Source: Flavobacteriales bacterium (GTDB lineage: Bacteria; Bacteroidota; Bacteroidia; JACJYZ01). Taken from it: DNA of 64,000 nt. The stretch covers positions 619 to 64,618 of the forward strand of contig JAGQZQ010000005.1 of the NCBI GenBank assembly GCA_020435415.1, in the 5' to 3' direction. The position numbers and the translations under genes were made by a program. Position 1 is the first letter of the stretch. Each line of letters opens with the position of its first letter. The notes beneath the pieces are model-generated. The model saw nothing but the letters and a program-made list of their open reading frames with translations, had not been told where the DNA came from and made no database searches. Shown here in pieces: positions 31,687-40,931 of this stretch.

Positions 31687-32292
31687 ATGGCACGTTACAG
31701 AGGACCCAAGTCCAAAATAGCCAGAAAATTCGGAGAGCCCATATTCGGACCCGATAAGGTGCTGGATAAGAAAAACTATCCGCCGGGGATGCACGGACAG
31801 ATGAAGAAGCGGATGAAACAATCCGAATATGCTGTCCAGCTGAAGGAGAAGCAAAAGGCGAAATACACCTATGGTATCCTGGAGAGACAATTCGAAAACC
31901 TTTTCAACAAGGCTTCCCGGAAAAAAGGGATTACCGGTGAAAACCTTCTGCAATTGTGCGAAACCAGATTGGATAACACTGTTTTCAGACTCGGTATGGC
32001 CAGAACCCGCAGAGCTGCACGTCAGTTTGTGAACCATGGTCATATTACCGTTAACGGCGGTGTGGTGTCCATCCCTTCGTATACCGTGAAGGTGGGAGAC
32101 ACCATCGGTATCCGTGAAAAATCAAAGACCATGCAGCCCATCAGAGAGTCTATCGCTGCAGGTAAAGCAGGTTTTCCTTGGCTTGAGTGGAACCCCGATA
32201 CCCTCATCGGTACGGTGATCGCTATGCCGGAAAGAGAACAAATCCCCGAGAACATCAATGAACAGTTGATCGTGGAATTGTACTCCAAGTAA
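31687..32292 (+). CDS. rpsD: 30S ribosomal protein S4 (uS4)
   Basis: 201 aa. MARYRGP....R..G and an S4 RNA-binding domain (RLDN.VFRLG.A.TR..ARQ.V.HGH..VNG). Confidence 0.97.
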   Translation: MARYRGPKSKIARKFGEPIFGPDKVLDKKNYPPGMHGQMKKRMKQSEYAVQLKEKQKAKYTYGILERQFENLFNKASRKKGITGENLLQLCETRLDNTVFRLGMARTRRAARQFVNHGHITVNGGVVSIPSYTVKVGDTIGIREKSKTMQPIRESIAAGKAGFPWLEWNPDTLIGTVIAMPEREQIPENINEQLIVELYSK

Positions 32293-32340
32293 TTCTTTGA
32301 CCTTATACAATATCGTTTATCCTTTAACGCAACAGATAAT

Positions 32341-33333
32341 ATGGCCATTTTAGCATTTCAAAAGCCCGATAAGATCATCATGCTGAATTCCAATGAGCAG
32401 ATGGGACAATTTGAATTCCGTCCGCTGGAGCCGGGTTACGGCATCACCATTGGAAACGCACTCAGGAGAATTCTCCTGTCATCCCTCGAAGGATTTGCTA
32501 TTACTTCCGTTCACATCGACGGCGTGGATCACGAATTTTCCACGATCAAAGGTGTGGTGGAAGATATGACCGAGATCATCCTGAACATGAAGCAAGTTCG
32601 TTTCAAAAGGCAGATCGAGCAGACTGACGCTGAAAAGGTGAACGTTTCTGTGAGCGGCAAAAAGCAACTGACAGCAGGTGATATCGGCAAATTCACATCG
32701 GCATTTCAGGTGTTGAACCCGGATCTTGTGATCTGTAACATGGATCCTTCTGTGAAACTTAACTTCGAAGTGACCATTAATAAAGGACGTGGTTATGTTC
32801 CTGCCGAAGAAAACAAAGTTGAAAACCAACCCGTAGGTGTGGTTTCTCTGGATGCCATCTTCACACCCATTAAGAACGTGAAATACAGCATCGAGAACTT
32901 TCGTGTGGAGCAAAAGACCGACTATGAAAAATTGGTGATGGATATCACAACCGATGGTTCTATCCACCCAAAAAATGCATTGAAGGAAGCAGCCAAAATC
33001 CTCATCCATCACTTCATGCTTTTCTCTGATGAAAAGATCACCATTGATACAGAAGAGAAGGCTGAAACAGAAGAGTTCGATGAGTCTTCATTGCACATGC
33101 GCCAGCTTTTGAAAACCAAACTGGTGGATATGGACCTGTCCGTACGTGCACTGAATTGCCTCAAAGCTGCAGACGTAGAAACCCTGGGAGATCTTGTTTC
33201 TTTCAACAAGAACGACCTTTTGAAATTCAGGAATTTTGGTAAAAAATCCCTGACAGAACTGGAAGACCTCGTGCATTCCAAAGGACTGACCTTCGGAATG
33301 AACCTGGCCAAGTATAAATTGGACAAAGACTAA
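32341..33333 (+). CDS. rpoA: DNA-directed RNA polymerase subunit alpha
   Basis: 330 aa. The NTD (GYG.T.GNALRR.LLSS..G.A) and CTD (LSVR..NCLK.A...T.G.L) are both present. Confidence 0.98.
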   Translation: MAILAFQKPDKIIMLNSNEQMGQFEFRPLEPGYGITIGNALRRILLSSLEGFAITSVHIDGVDHEFSTIKGVVEDMTEIILNMKQVRFKRQIEQTDAEKVNVSVSGKKQLTAGDIGKFTSAFQVLNPDLVICNMDPSVKLNFEVTINKGRGYVPAEENKVENQPVGVVSLDAIFTPIKNVKYSIENFRVEQKTDYEKLVMDITTDGSIHPKNALKEAAKILIHHFMLFSDEKITIDTEEKAETEEFDESSLHMRQLLKTKLVDMDLSVRALNCLKAADVETLGDLVSFNKNDLLKFRNFGKKSLTELEDLVHSKGLTFGMNLAKYKLDKD

Positions 33334-33370
33334 GTACCCGCTTTATTTATATTAAGAAGAGGACATCAAG

Positions 33371-34027
33371 ATGAGACACGGAGATAAAATCAACAACCTT
33401 GGCCGCAAAAGTCAGCATAGGAAGGCTATGCTCGCCAACATGGCCAGCTCGCTGATCCTTCATAAAAGGATCAATACGACCCTGGCCAAGGCCAAAGCGC
33501 TGCGCACATACGTGGAGCCGCTGATCACCAAATCAAAAAGTGATAATACGCACTCCAGACGGGTGGTATTCAGCTACCTCGGTGATAAGAACGCGGTTGC
33601 GGAATTGTTCCGTGAGGTTGCTGCAAAGGTGGGCGAAAGACCAGGTGGCTATACCCGTATCCTTCGTACCGGTTTCCGCAAAGGTGATAATGCCGAAATG
33701 TGTTTCATCGAATTGGTAGACTTCAACGAAGCAATGCTTTCCGCATCTGACGACAAGAAAGCCAAGACCACCCGTCGTAGCAGAAGAAGTGGTGGTGCCA
33801 AGAAGAAGGCGGATGGTGAAGTTGCTGAAGCATCTGCTGAGACAACTGAAGCTCCTGCAAAAGAAGCCAAGATGAAGAAGCAGGAATCACCTGCACCGGC
33901 AGAGGCAAAGGAAGAAGCAGCACCTGAGGCCAAGGCCGCAGAGGCAGCTCCGGAAGCCAAAGCGGAAGAGACTGCCAAGGAAGAGAAGAAGGAAGAAGGT
34001 GGTGAGGAAGAAAAGAAGGCGGAATAA
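33371..34027 (+). CDS. rplQ: 50S ribosomal protein L17 (bL17) with a roughly 100-aa acidic/Ala/Lys-rich C-terminal extension
   Basis: MRHG.K...LGR...HR.AML.N...SLI.H.RI.TT..KAK.LR..VE.LIT. The conserved core ends near ...CFIELVDF (residue 118), and residues 119-218 are low-complexity E/A/K. Confidence 0.95.
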   Translation: MRHGDKINNLGRKSQHRKAMLANMASSLILHKRINTTLAKAKALRTYVEPLITKSKSDNTHSRRVVFSYLGDKNAVAELFREVAAKVGERPGGYTRILRTGFRKGDNAEMCFIELVDFNEAMLSASDDKKAKTTRRSRRSGGAKKKADGEVAEASAETTEAPAKEAKMKKQESPAPAEAKEEAAPEAKAAEAAPEAKAEETAKEEKKEEGGEEEKKAE

Positions 34028-34048
34028 TATCTTACTGACAGATATCTC

Positions 34049-34077
34049 AAGGCGGTTCAAACGGACCGCCTTTTTTT
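34049..34077 (+). terminator. Intrinsic terminator closing the ribosomal super-operon
   Basis: Stem aaGGCGGT (34049-34056) / ACCGCCtt (34065-34072), an 8-nt loop, then seven T at 34071-34077. The T-tract abuts the stop codon of the convergent DinB-like gene. Confidence 0.75.
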
Positions 34078-34672
34078 ATTGCACTTCCTGGGTATGCTTG
34101 TTCAGAATGGTCATGTCCAGCACGGCCTTGGCCTGGTTGATATGACGCTGTTCGTGACCCAGTATGATTTCAAGGGCATCACCCAAAGTATAAGTAACAA
34201 GATTTGAAGCAGGTGATGTTACAATGGTTTGCAAAGGTGGGTTCATCCGCATCCTATCCGTCAGCTCCACCAGTTGTTCGTTCTCTTTTGCAAAAAGAGA
34301 TACAATGTCATCAGGGACCGAGCTTCGTGTTGACCTGAACGCCGGAGGTGACTTGTATTTCTTTGTGACCGTTGGTCCTGTGGTCTCTATCAGCAACTTT
34401 CCGAAATAATGACTGAACGGACTGAATCGCTCCCAAAAGGACGGCCTTCGGTTGGCTTTGGATAGTGCCTGAAATGCGGGATAGTAGCTCCTGTTGGTGG
34501 TGATGAGGTGATCCAGGCATTCCCCGATGCTCCATCTTCCTGGCTCCGGTTTGGTATTCAGTTGCTCTCCCGTTAAATGCGAAAACAATAATTGTACCTG
34601 GTCGGTCAGGGAACCGATACGATCTCTGACCTCATCGTAGTAATTGTCATTGGGATATTGAATGACCTCCAT
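34076..34672 (-). CDS. DinB/YfiT-like metal-dependent four-helix-bundle protein
   Basis: WSIGECLDHL...ILGHEQRHINQA (His triad pattern of the DinB superfamily). The ORF-track start at 34720 is TTG and the first ATG is 34672. Confidence 0.7.
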   Translation of the reverse strand: MEVIQYPNDNYYDEVRDRIGSLTDQVQLLFSHLTGEQLNTKPEPGRWSIGECLDHLITTNRSYYPAFQALSKANRRPSFWERFSPFSHYFGKLLIETTGPTVTKKYKSPPAFRSTRSSVPDDIVSLFAKENEQLVELTDRMRMNPPLQTIVTSPASNLVTYTLGDALEIILGHEQRHINQAKAVLDMTILNKHTQEVQ

Positions 34673-34790
34673 TCTGAACGGATTTAGTCCAAAGGTAGCG
34701 GTTCGCCAATTGAGTTGCAATTGATTATGGGAAGGTCGGCATTAATGCTTATATTTGCTGCGCAAAAAGCAAAGCCAGCATCATATCAGA

Positions 34791-35909
34791 ATGAAATATT
34801 TCGAAAAATCACCGGCGGTACTGCTCCTTGAGGACGGTACCGTTTTTTATGGCCGTTCGGCAGGGAAGATAGGAACCGCAACCGGAGAAATATGTTTCAA
34901 TACGGGCATGACCGGATATCAGGAGGTATTTACCGATCCGTCTTACTTCGGACAGATCATGGTTACCACCAACGTGCATATTGGAAACTATGGCATTCAC
35001 GCCGATGAAAGTGAATCTGACCGCATGAAGATTGCCGGTCTGGTCTGCCGCAATTTTACCAGTATGTTCTCGCGTATAGGCGCCCAGGGAGATATCCAGG
35101 AATACTTTCTGGAACAGAACATGGTCGCGATCACCGATGTGGATACGCGTGCACTCGTTCGCCACATCCGCAGCAAGGGTGCAATGAATGCCGTGATATC
35201 ATCCGCCGAGCTGGACCTGGATAAACTGAAGGCCATTCTTTCAGAAACCCCATCCATGGAAGGCCTGGAACTGGCATCAAAAGTATCTGTCAAAGAACCA
35301 TATGATCTTGGTGACAAAGATGCACAGGTGAAAGTAGCAGTGCTGGACCTCGGTGTAAAGCAGAATATCTTAAGATGTCTCCTGGATCAGGGATGCCAGC
35401 TACGGGTATTCCCATACAATACCTCCATTGAAGAAATGATGGAGTGGAATCCGGATGGATTCATGATCTCCAATGGCCCTGGTGATCCGGCTCCACTGAC
35501 TGGTGTCGTGGAAACCATGAAGAAGATCATCGCCACGGATCTGCCGGTTTTCGGAATATGCCTGGGACATCAGATCATCGCACTCGCCAATGGTATTTCT
35601 ACTTTTAAGATGCACCATGGTCACCGTGGCATCAACCATCCGGTAAAGAATCTTGATACCGGTAAATGTGAGATCACTTCGCAAAATCACGGGTTTGGTG
35701 TGACTGCCGAGGATGTGAAGAACAATGCGAATATCGAAGTGACCCACATCAATCTGAATGATGATACCATCGAAGGTTTTAAGTTGAAAGACCGCAAAGT
35801 ATTCTCCGTACAATATCATCCGGAAGCAGCGCCCGGACCCAATGACGCAAGATATTTATTCGAACAGTTCATGGTCTTTATCCGTGAAACACAAAACGTA
35901 AACGCATAA
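34791..35909 (+). CDS. carA: Carbamoyl-phosphate synthase small (glutaminase) subunit
   Basis: N-terminal CPSase domain plus a class-I GATase with FGICLGHQ (Cys nucleophile) and YHPEA. The ORF-track start at 34755 is TTG and the ATG is at 34791. Confidence 0.93.
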   Translation: MKYFEKSPAVLLLEDGTVFYGRSAGKIGTATGEICFNTGMTGYQEVFTDPSYFGQIMVTTNVHIGNYGIHADESESDRMKIAGLVCRNFTSMFSRIGAQGDIQEYFLEQNMVAITDVDTRALVRHIRSKGAMNAVISSAELDLDKLKAILSETPSMEGLELASKVSVKEPYDLGDKDAQVKVAVLDLGVKQNILRCLLDQGCQLRVFPYNTSIEEMMEWNPDGFMISNGPGDPAPLTGVVETMKKIIATDLPVFGICLGHQIIALANGISTFKMHHGHRGINHPVKNLDTGKCEITSQNHGFGVTAEDVKNNANIEVTHINLNDDTIEGFKLKDRKVFSVQYHPEAAPGPNDARYLFEQFMVFIRETQNVNA

Positions 35910-37205
<1,296 letters not shown>

Positions 37206-37254
37206 AGTCAAGGTTTAAAGGCCTGGTCGGTTCAGATTTCTGATTTTCGGAAGA

Positions 37255-37289
37255 AGGGGATAGGTGAATCCCCTCCCCGGTCTCAAGTT
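37255..37289 (+). terminator. Hairpin plus conserved GAAT-CCCCTCCCCGGT-TCAAGTT motif, 50 nt downstream of eno (possible 3'-UTR or terminator element)
   Basis: AGGGGA (37255-37260) pairs with TCCCCT (37269-37274) across an 8-nt loop. The following 24 nt recur with two indels downstream of the photolyase gene at 50149-50172. There is no U-tract. Confidence 0.3.
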
Positions 37290-37471
37290 ACAGCCGGGAT
37301 CGCATTGCATGGCACGAATGTGCTGTGTTAACTTACCCATGTAAGAAGGTGTAGCGATTTTGCAGATGTACCTGTTTCTTAAAAAAAACGGTCCGTTATT
37401 TTATCTTAGTCACCGGAACCAGATAGGGTTCATGACAACAGAATAATTACGACAAAGCAGATTGGATCACC

Positions 37472-39283
37472 ATGGCTTATTCTTCCCTTCGCGAATGTAT
37501 CCTGGACCTGGAAAAACACGGACACCTTTTGCGTATCCGGGATGAGGTGGACCCTCATCTGGAAATGGCGGCCATTCACCGCCGGGTGTTTGCCGAAGAC
37601 GGACCGGCCGTGTTTTTTGAGAAGGTAAAGGGCAGTCCGTTTCCAGCTGTTTCCAACCTGTTCGGTAATCTCGATCGGAGTCGGTTCATGTTTCGCGATA
37701 CGCTCCCCAGGGTGAAGGAGTTGATTGCCGCCAAAGCCGATCCGGCATCTGTTCTCAAAAGACCTTTTGCTCATGCGGGCCTCGGTCTTTTTGCACGCTT
37801 TGCCCTCCCCAAGAAAGTAAGCAATGGTCCGGTCACTTTTAAGGAAACCACCCTCAGCGCCCTTCCCCAGATCAAGGCATGGCCCATGGACGGAGGGGCT
37901 TATATTTTTCTTCCGCAGGTATACACGGAGGACCCTGACCATCCCGGCGTGATGCAGTCCAACCTGGGTTGCTACCGGGTGCAGATGAGCGGGAATGATT
38001 TTGTTCCGGACAGGGAGATGGGGTTGCATTATCAGATTCACCGGGGCATTGGTGTGCATCAGTCAAAGGCGAACAAACTTGGGCAGCCACTCAAGGTGAG
38101 TATTTTCGTGGGTGGTCCGCCATCGCATAGTTTTGCCGCGGTGATGCCGCTGCCGGAGGGGATCTCCGAACTTACATTTGCGGGAGCGCTGGGAGGTCGG
38201 CGGTTCCGTTATATGATCAAAGAAGGACATGTGCTTTCTGCGGATGCCGATTTTGTGATCACCGGAGAGATACATCCTCATGAAACCAAACCGGAAGGCC
38301 CTTTTGGGGATCATTTGGGTTACTACAGCCTCACCCATCCGTTTCCCGTGATGCGGGTTCATAAGGTATACCACAGAGAGGATGCGATCTGGCCGTTTAC
38401 CATCGTGGGCAGACCTCCCCAGGAAGATACAAGTTTCGGTGCATTGATTCACGAGTTGGTCGGGCCTGTGGTATCCAGTGAGATTCCCGGACTGAAAAGG
38501 GTGCATGCGATTGACGAGGCAGGGGTTCATCCGTTGCTGCTGGCCATCGGCAGTGAACGGTACACGCCGTATCTGAAGGAACGCAGACCACAGGAGATAT
38601 TGACCCAGGCGCATGCCATCCTCGGCTTCGGACAGATGTCACTCACAAAATATCTGTGGATTGCCGCACATGAGGATGCCCCAGGTCTGGATGTGGAGAA
38701 TGTCCCAGCGTTTTTTACGCATATGCTGGAAAGGGTAGACTGGACCCGCGATATACACTTTGATACCAAAACCACCATCGATACCCTGGACTATAGTGGT
38801 GACGGGTTGAATAGCGGTTCTAAAGCGGTTATTGCCGCGGCAGGAGAAAAGATTCGTTCCCTGTCTGCGGAGGTACCCCCGGAGTTACTTTTGCCTGATG
38901 GTTTTTCCGATCCGCGGATTGTTTTTCCAGGGGTCATGAGTATAACCGCCCGATCTTATAAGGACCGAAAAGAAGCGCTTTCCGATATCGCCCGACTGGA
39001 AGATCATCTTGCAGGGCCGATCATGAACGGAATACCATTGGTGGTCGTTTGCGACGACAGTGCATTCACGTCTGATACCCTCGGGAATTTTCTGTGGGTC
39101 ACCTTTACACGGTCCAATCCTTCGCACGATATCGGAGGTGCCGGTGCATTCACCGAAAACAAGCACTGGGGATGCACCGGAAGCCTGATCATCGATGCAC
39201 GCATCAAGCCGCATCATGCTCCGGTGATGGAAGGTGACGAGAAGATAGAGGAGAAGGTGAATGGTTTAAAGTTTGAGGTTTAA
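37472..39283 (+). CDS. UbiD-family (prenyl-FMN-dependent) decarboxylase, 603 aa
   Basis: Length and motifs typical of the long Bacteroidota UbiD / menaquinone-biosynthesis decarboxylase family (GG.Y..LP.V.T.DP......N.G.YR.Q.......HYQIH.G). The last six codons and the stop lie inside a heptamer array. Confidence 0.88.
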   Translation: MAYSSLRECILDLEKHGHLLRIRDEVDPHLEMAAIHRRVFAEDGPAVFFEKVKGSPFPAVSNLFGNLDRSRFMFRDTLPRVKELIAAKADPASVLKRPFAHAGLGLFARFALPKKVSNGPVTFKETTLSALPQIKAWPMDGGAYIFLPQVYTEDPDHPGVMQSNLGCYRVQMSGNDFVPDREMGLHYQIHRGIGVHQSKANKLGQPLKVSIFVGGPPSHSFAAVMPLPEGISELTFAGALGGRRFRYMIKEGHVLSADADFVITGEIHPHETKPEGPFGDHLGYYSLTHPFPVMRVHKVYHREDAIWPFTIVGRPPQEDTSFGALIHELVGPVVSSEIPGLKRVHAIDEAGVHPLLLAIGSERYTPYLKERRPQEILTQAHAILGFGQMSLTKYLWIAAHEDAPGLDVENVPAFFTHMLERVDWTRDIHFDTKTTIDTLDYSGDGLNSGSKAVIAAAGEKIRSLSAEVPPELLLPDGFSDPRIVFPGVMSITARSYKDRKEALSDIARLEDHLAGPIMNGIPLVVVCDDSAFTSDTLGNFLWVTFTRSNPSHDIGGAGAFTENKHWGCTGSLIIDARIKPHHAPVMEGDEKIEEKVNGLKFEV

Positions 39284-39318
39284 GGTTTCTGGTTTGTCGT
39301 TTCTGGTTTGTGGTTGTT
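39263..39318 (+). repeat. Eight-unit degenerate heptamer array (GGTTTNN family)
   Basis: It reads GGTTTAA AGTTTGA GGTTTAA GGTTTCT GGTTTGT CGTTTCT GGTTTGT GGTTGTT in strict 7-nt phase and overlaps the UbiD stop at 39281-39283. Confidence 0.9.
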
Positions 39319-39339
39319 CCACGGGACTTCAGATGCTCT

Positions 39340-39411
39340 GTGTTCCGGAAAATGTGTTGTAAAATCTTACGGATGTCCTGATTTTACAGATCGTGTGTGG
39401 ATATTTGCGGT
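39340..39411 (+). promoter_or_regulatory. Conserved 72-nt leader/promoter module upstream of ORF6N copy 1
   Basis: 63 of 72 nt are identical to 40058-40129, upstream of copy 2. It ends in GATATTTG (39400-39407, near-consensus -7 box) only 4 nt before the ATG. Confidence 0.35.
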
Positions 39412-39942
39412 ATGACAGAGTCCTCCCAAAATTCATTACAGGTTCCCGATGAAGTGTTGATGAACAAGATCTACCTGATCCGTGGAGAGAAGGTCATGCT
39501 GGACCGGGACCTTGCAGTATTGTTTGGCGTTAAACCTATCCGGCTCAGGGAGCAGGTAAAACGAAACAAGGGAAAGTTTCCCGGGCACTTCATGTTCAGG
39601 TTGAACGATGATGAAGTCGGTAAGCTGGTATCGCAAAATGCGATACCTTCCGTCAAACACCTGGGTGGTACTTTACCTTATGTATTTACAGAGTACGGCT
39701 TGTTGCAATTGGCAAACATCCTAAGAAGCGAACGCGCCACACTAATGAGTATACGGATTATTGAAGTATTTGTAGCGATGCGCAAAATGCTGCATACTCA
39801 TCAGAACCTCCTTCTGAAAATGGAACAACTTGAAAAGCGCCTAACCGACCAGGATGGAAAGGTGAAACTGCTGTTTGACTATCTGCGGCAGTTTATCAAA
39901 GAGCGGGAAGAACCCCGGACGAGGGTGGGGTTTAAAGTTTAA
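39412..39942 (+). CDS. ORF6N-domain (KilA-N-like) DNA-binding protein, copy 1 (176 aa)
   Basis: LQVPDEVLMNKIYLIRGEKVMLDRDLAVLFGV...FPGHFMFRL is the ORF6N signature. The C-terminal part is a coiled coil. The ORF-track start at 39397 is GTG and the ATG is at 39412. Confidence 0.8.
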   Translation: MTESSQNSLQVPDEVLMNKIYLIRGEKVMLDRDLAVLFGVKPIRLREQVKRNKGKFPGHFMFRLNDDEVGKLVSQNAIPSVKHLGGTLPYVFTEYGLLQLANILRSERATLMSIRIIEVFVAMRKMLHTHQNLLLKMEQLEKRLTDQDGKVKLLFDYLRQFIKEREEPRTRVGFKV

Positions 39943-39956
39943 GGTTTCTGGTTTGC
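39929..39956 (+). repeat. Four-unit GGTTTNN heptamer array over the stop codon of ORF6N copy 1
   Basis: GGTTTAA AGTTTAA GGTTTCT GGTTTGC. The TAA stop at 39940-39942 is in unit 2. Confidence 0.85.
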
Positions 39957-40057
39957 TTAGCCCGCCGTAGCTTCAGCGTAGGAGGGTTGCCCGCATCGCC
40001 TTCGCGTAGTCGCTATGGCGGAGCAAGGCGGTATCCCGTACTTACGGGAGGAGGAGG

Positions 40058-40129
40058 GTGTTCCGGAAAATGTGCTGCACAAACTTACGGATGCCCTGAT
40101 TTTACAGATCGTGTGCGGATATTTGCCAC
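40058..40129 (+). promoter_or_regulatory. Conserved 72-nt leader/promoter module upstream of ORF6N copy 2
   Basis: Paralogue of 39340-39411 (63 of 72 nt identical), with GATATTTG 4 nt before the ATG at 40130. Confidence 0.35.
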
Positions 40130-40405
40130 ATGACTGATCCCATCCAAAGTTCGTTACAGGTTCCCGATGAAGTGCTGATGAATAAGATCTACCTGATCCG
40201 TGGTGAGAAGGTGATGCTGGATCGTGACCTTGCGGAATTATATGGTGTGGAAACCAAAGTCCTGAAGCGTCAGGTAAGAAGAAATGCAATCCGTTTCCCG
40301 GCGGATTTTATGTTCCAACTCAGTGTTGAAGAGGATGTGGCTTTAAGGAGCCATTTTGGCACCTTAACAAGAGGTAAGCATAGCAAGTATTTGCCATTTG
40401 ACTGA
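40130..40405 (+). pseudogene. Truncated ORF6N-domain gene, copy 2 (N-terminal 88 residues only), fused head-to-tail to copy 3
   Basis: The N-terminus is nearly identical to copies 1 and 3. The frame ends ...HSKYLPFD* exactly where the family motif YLPF meets the sequence TATTTGCCA + TGACTGATCC, which is otherwise the end of the leader and start of an ORF6N gene. Confidence 0.7.
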
Positions 40406-40931
40406 TCCGATCCAAAGTTCTTTACAGGTCCCCGATGAGGTGCTGATGAACAAGATCTACCTGATCCGTGGTGAGAAGGTGATGCTGGACCGGGACCTCG
40501 CGGCACTGTATGGTGTGGAAACCAAAGTGCTCAAACAGGCAGTCAGGCGGAATATCAAACGATTTCCGCAGGATTTTATGTTTGAGATGACCAAAGCTGA
40601 ATTGGAAAATTGGAGGTCACAAATTGTGACCTCCAATTCTACCCGGATGGGGCTGAGGTATCTGCCGTTTTGTTTTACTGAACAAGGTGTAACCATGTTG
40701 TCCTGTGTTTTGAATAGCGATAGGGCTGTTGAGGTAAACATTCGGATCGTTAGGATATTTGTGGGCATGCGTAAAATGCTGCTTACCCATCAGGACCTCC
40801 TTCTGAAAATGGAACAATTCGAAAAACGCCTAACCGACCAGGATGCAAAGGTGAAACTGTTATTCGATTACCTGAGGCAGTTTATCAAGGAACAGGAAGA
40901 ACCGAGAACGAGGGTGGGGTTTAAGGTTTAA
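40398..40931 (+). CDS. ORF6N-domain (KilA-N-like) protein, copy 3 (177 aa), with a TTG start and no leader module of its own
   Basis: Full-length paralogue with the same N-terminal 33 aa and about 90% identical C-terminal 55 aa to copy 1, but a divergent centre. The position homologous to the ATG of copies 1 and 2 is TTG. Confidence 0.7.
   Translation: MTDPIQSSLQVPDEVLMNKIYLIRGEKVMLDRDLAALYGVETKVLKQAVRRNIKRFPQDFMFEMTKAELENWRSQIVTSNSTRMGLRYLPFCFTEQGVTMLSCVLNSDRAVEVNIRIVRIFVGMRKMLLTHQDLLLKMEQFEKRLTDQDAKVKLLFDYLRQFIKEQEEPRTRVGFKV

Noticed and set aside
37309-37323. Sigma-54-like promoter TGGCACGAATGTGCT upstream of the UbiD-family gene, of interest because a sigma-54 activator is encoded at 5.1-6.3 kb
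   Set aside because: The GG-to-GC spacing is 9 nt rather than the invariant 10, and the -12 element is GTGCT rather than TTGCW. A similar near-miss at 40951-40967 (TGGCAT...CTGCC) has an 11-nt spacing. Neither meets the strict consensus.
39957-40289. 110-aa minus-strand ORF spanning the GC-rich insert and the start of ORF6N copy 2
   Set aside because: It is antisense to a conserved leader plus coding region, its product is Pro/Ser/Gly/His-rich, and it has no start context. A second similar ORF (40270-40506) mirrors copy 3, as expected for shadow frames of paralogous DNA.
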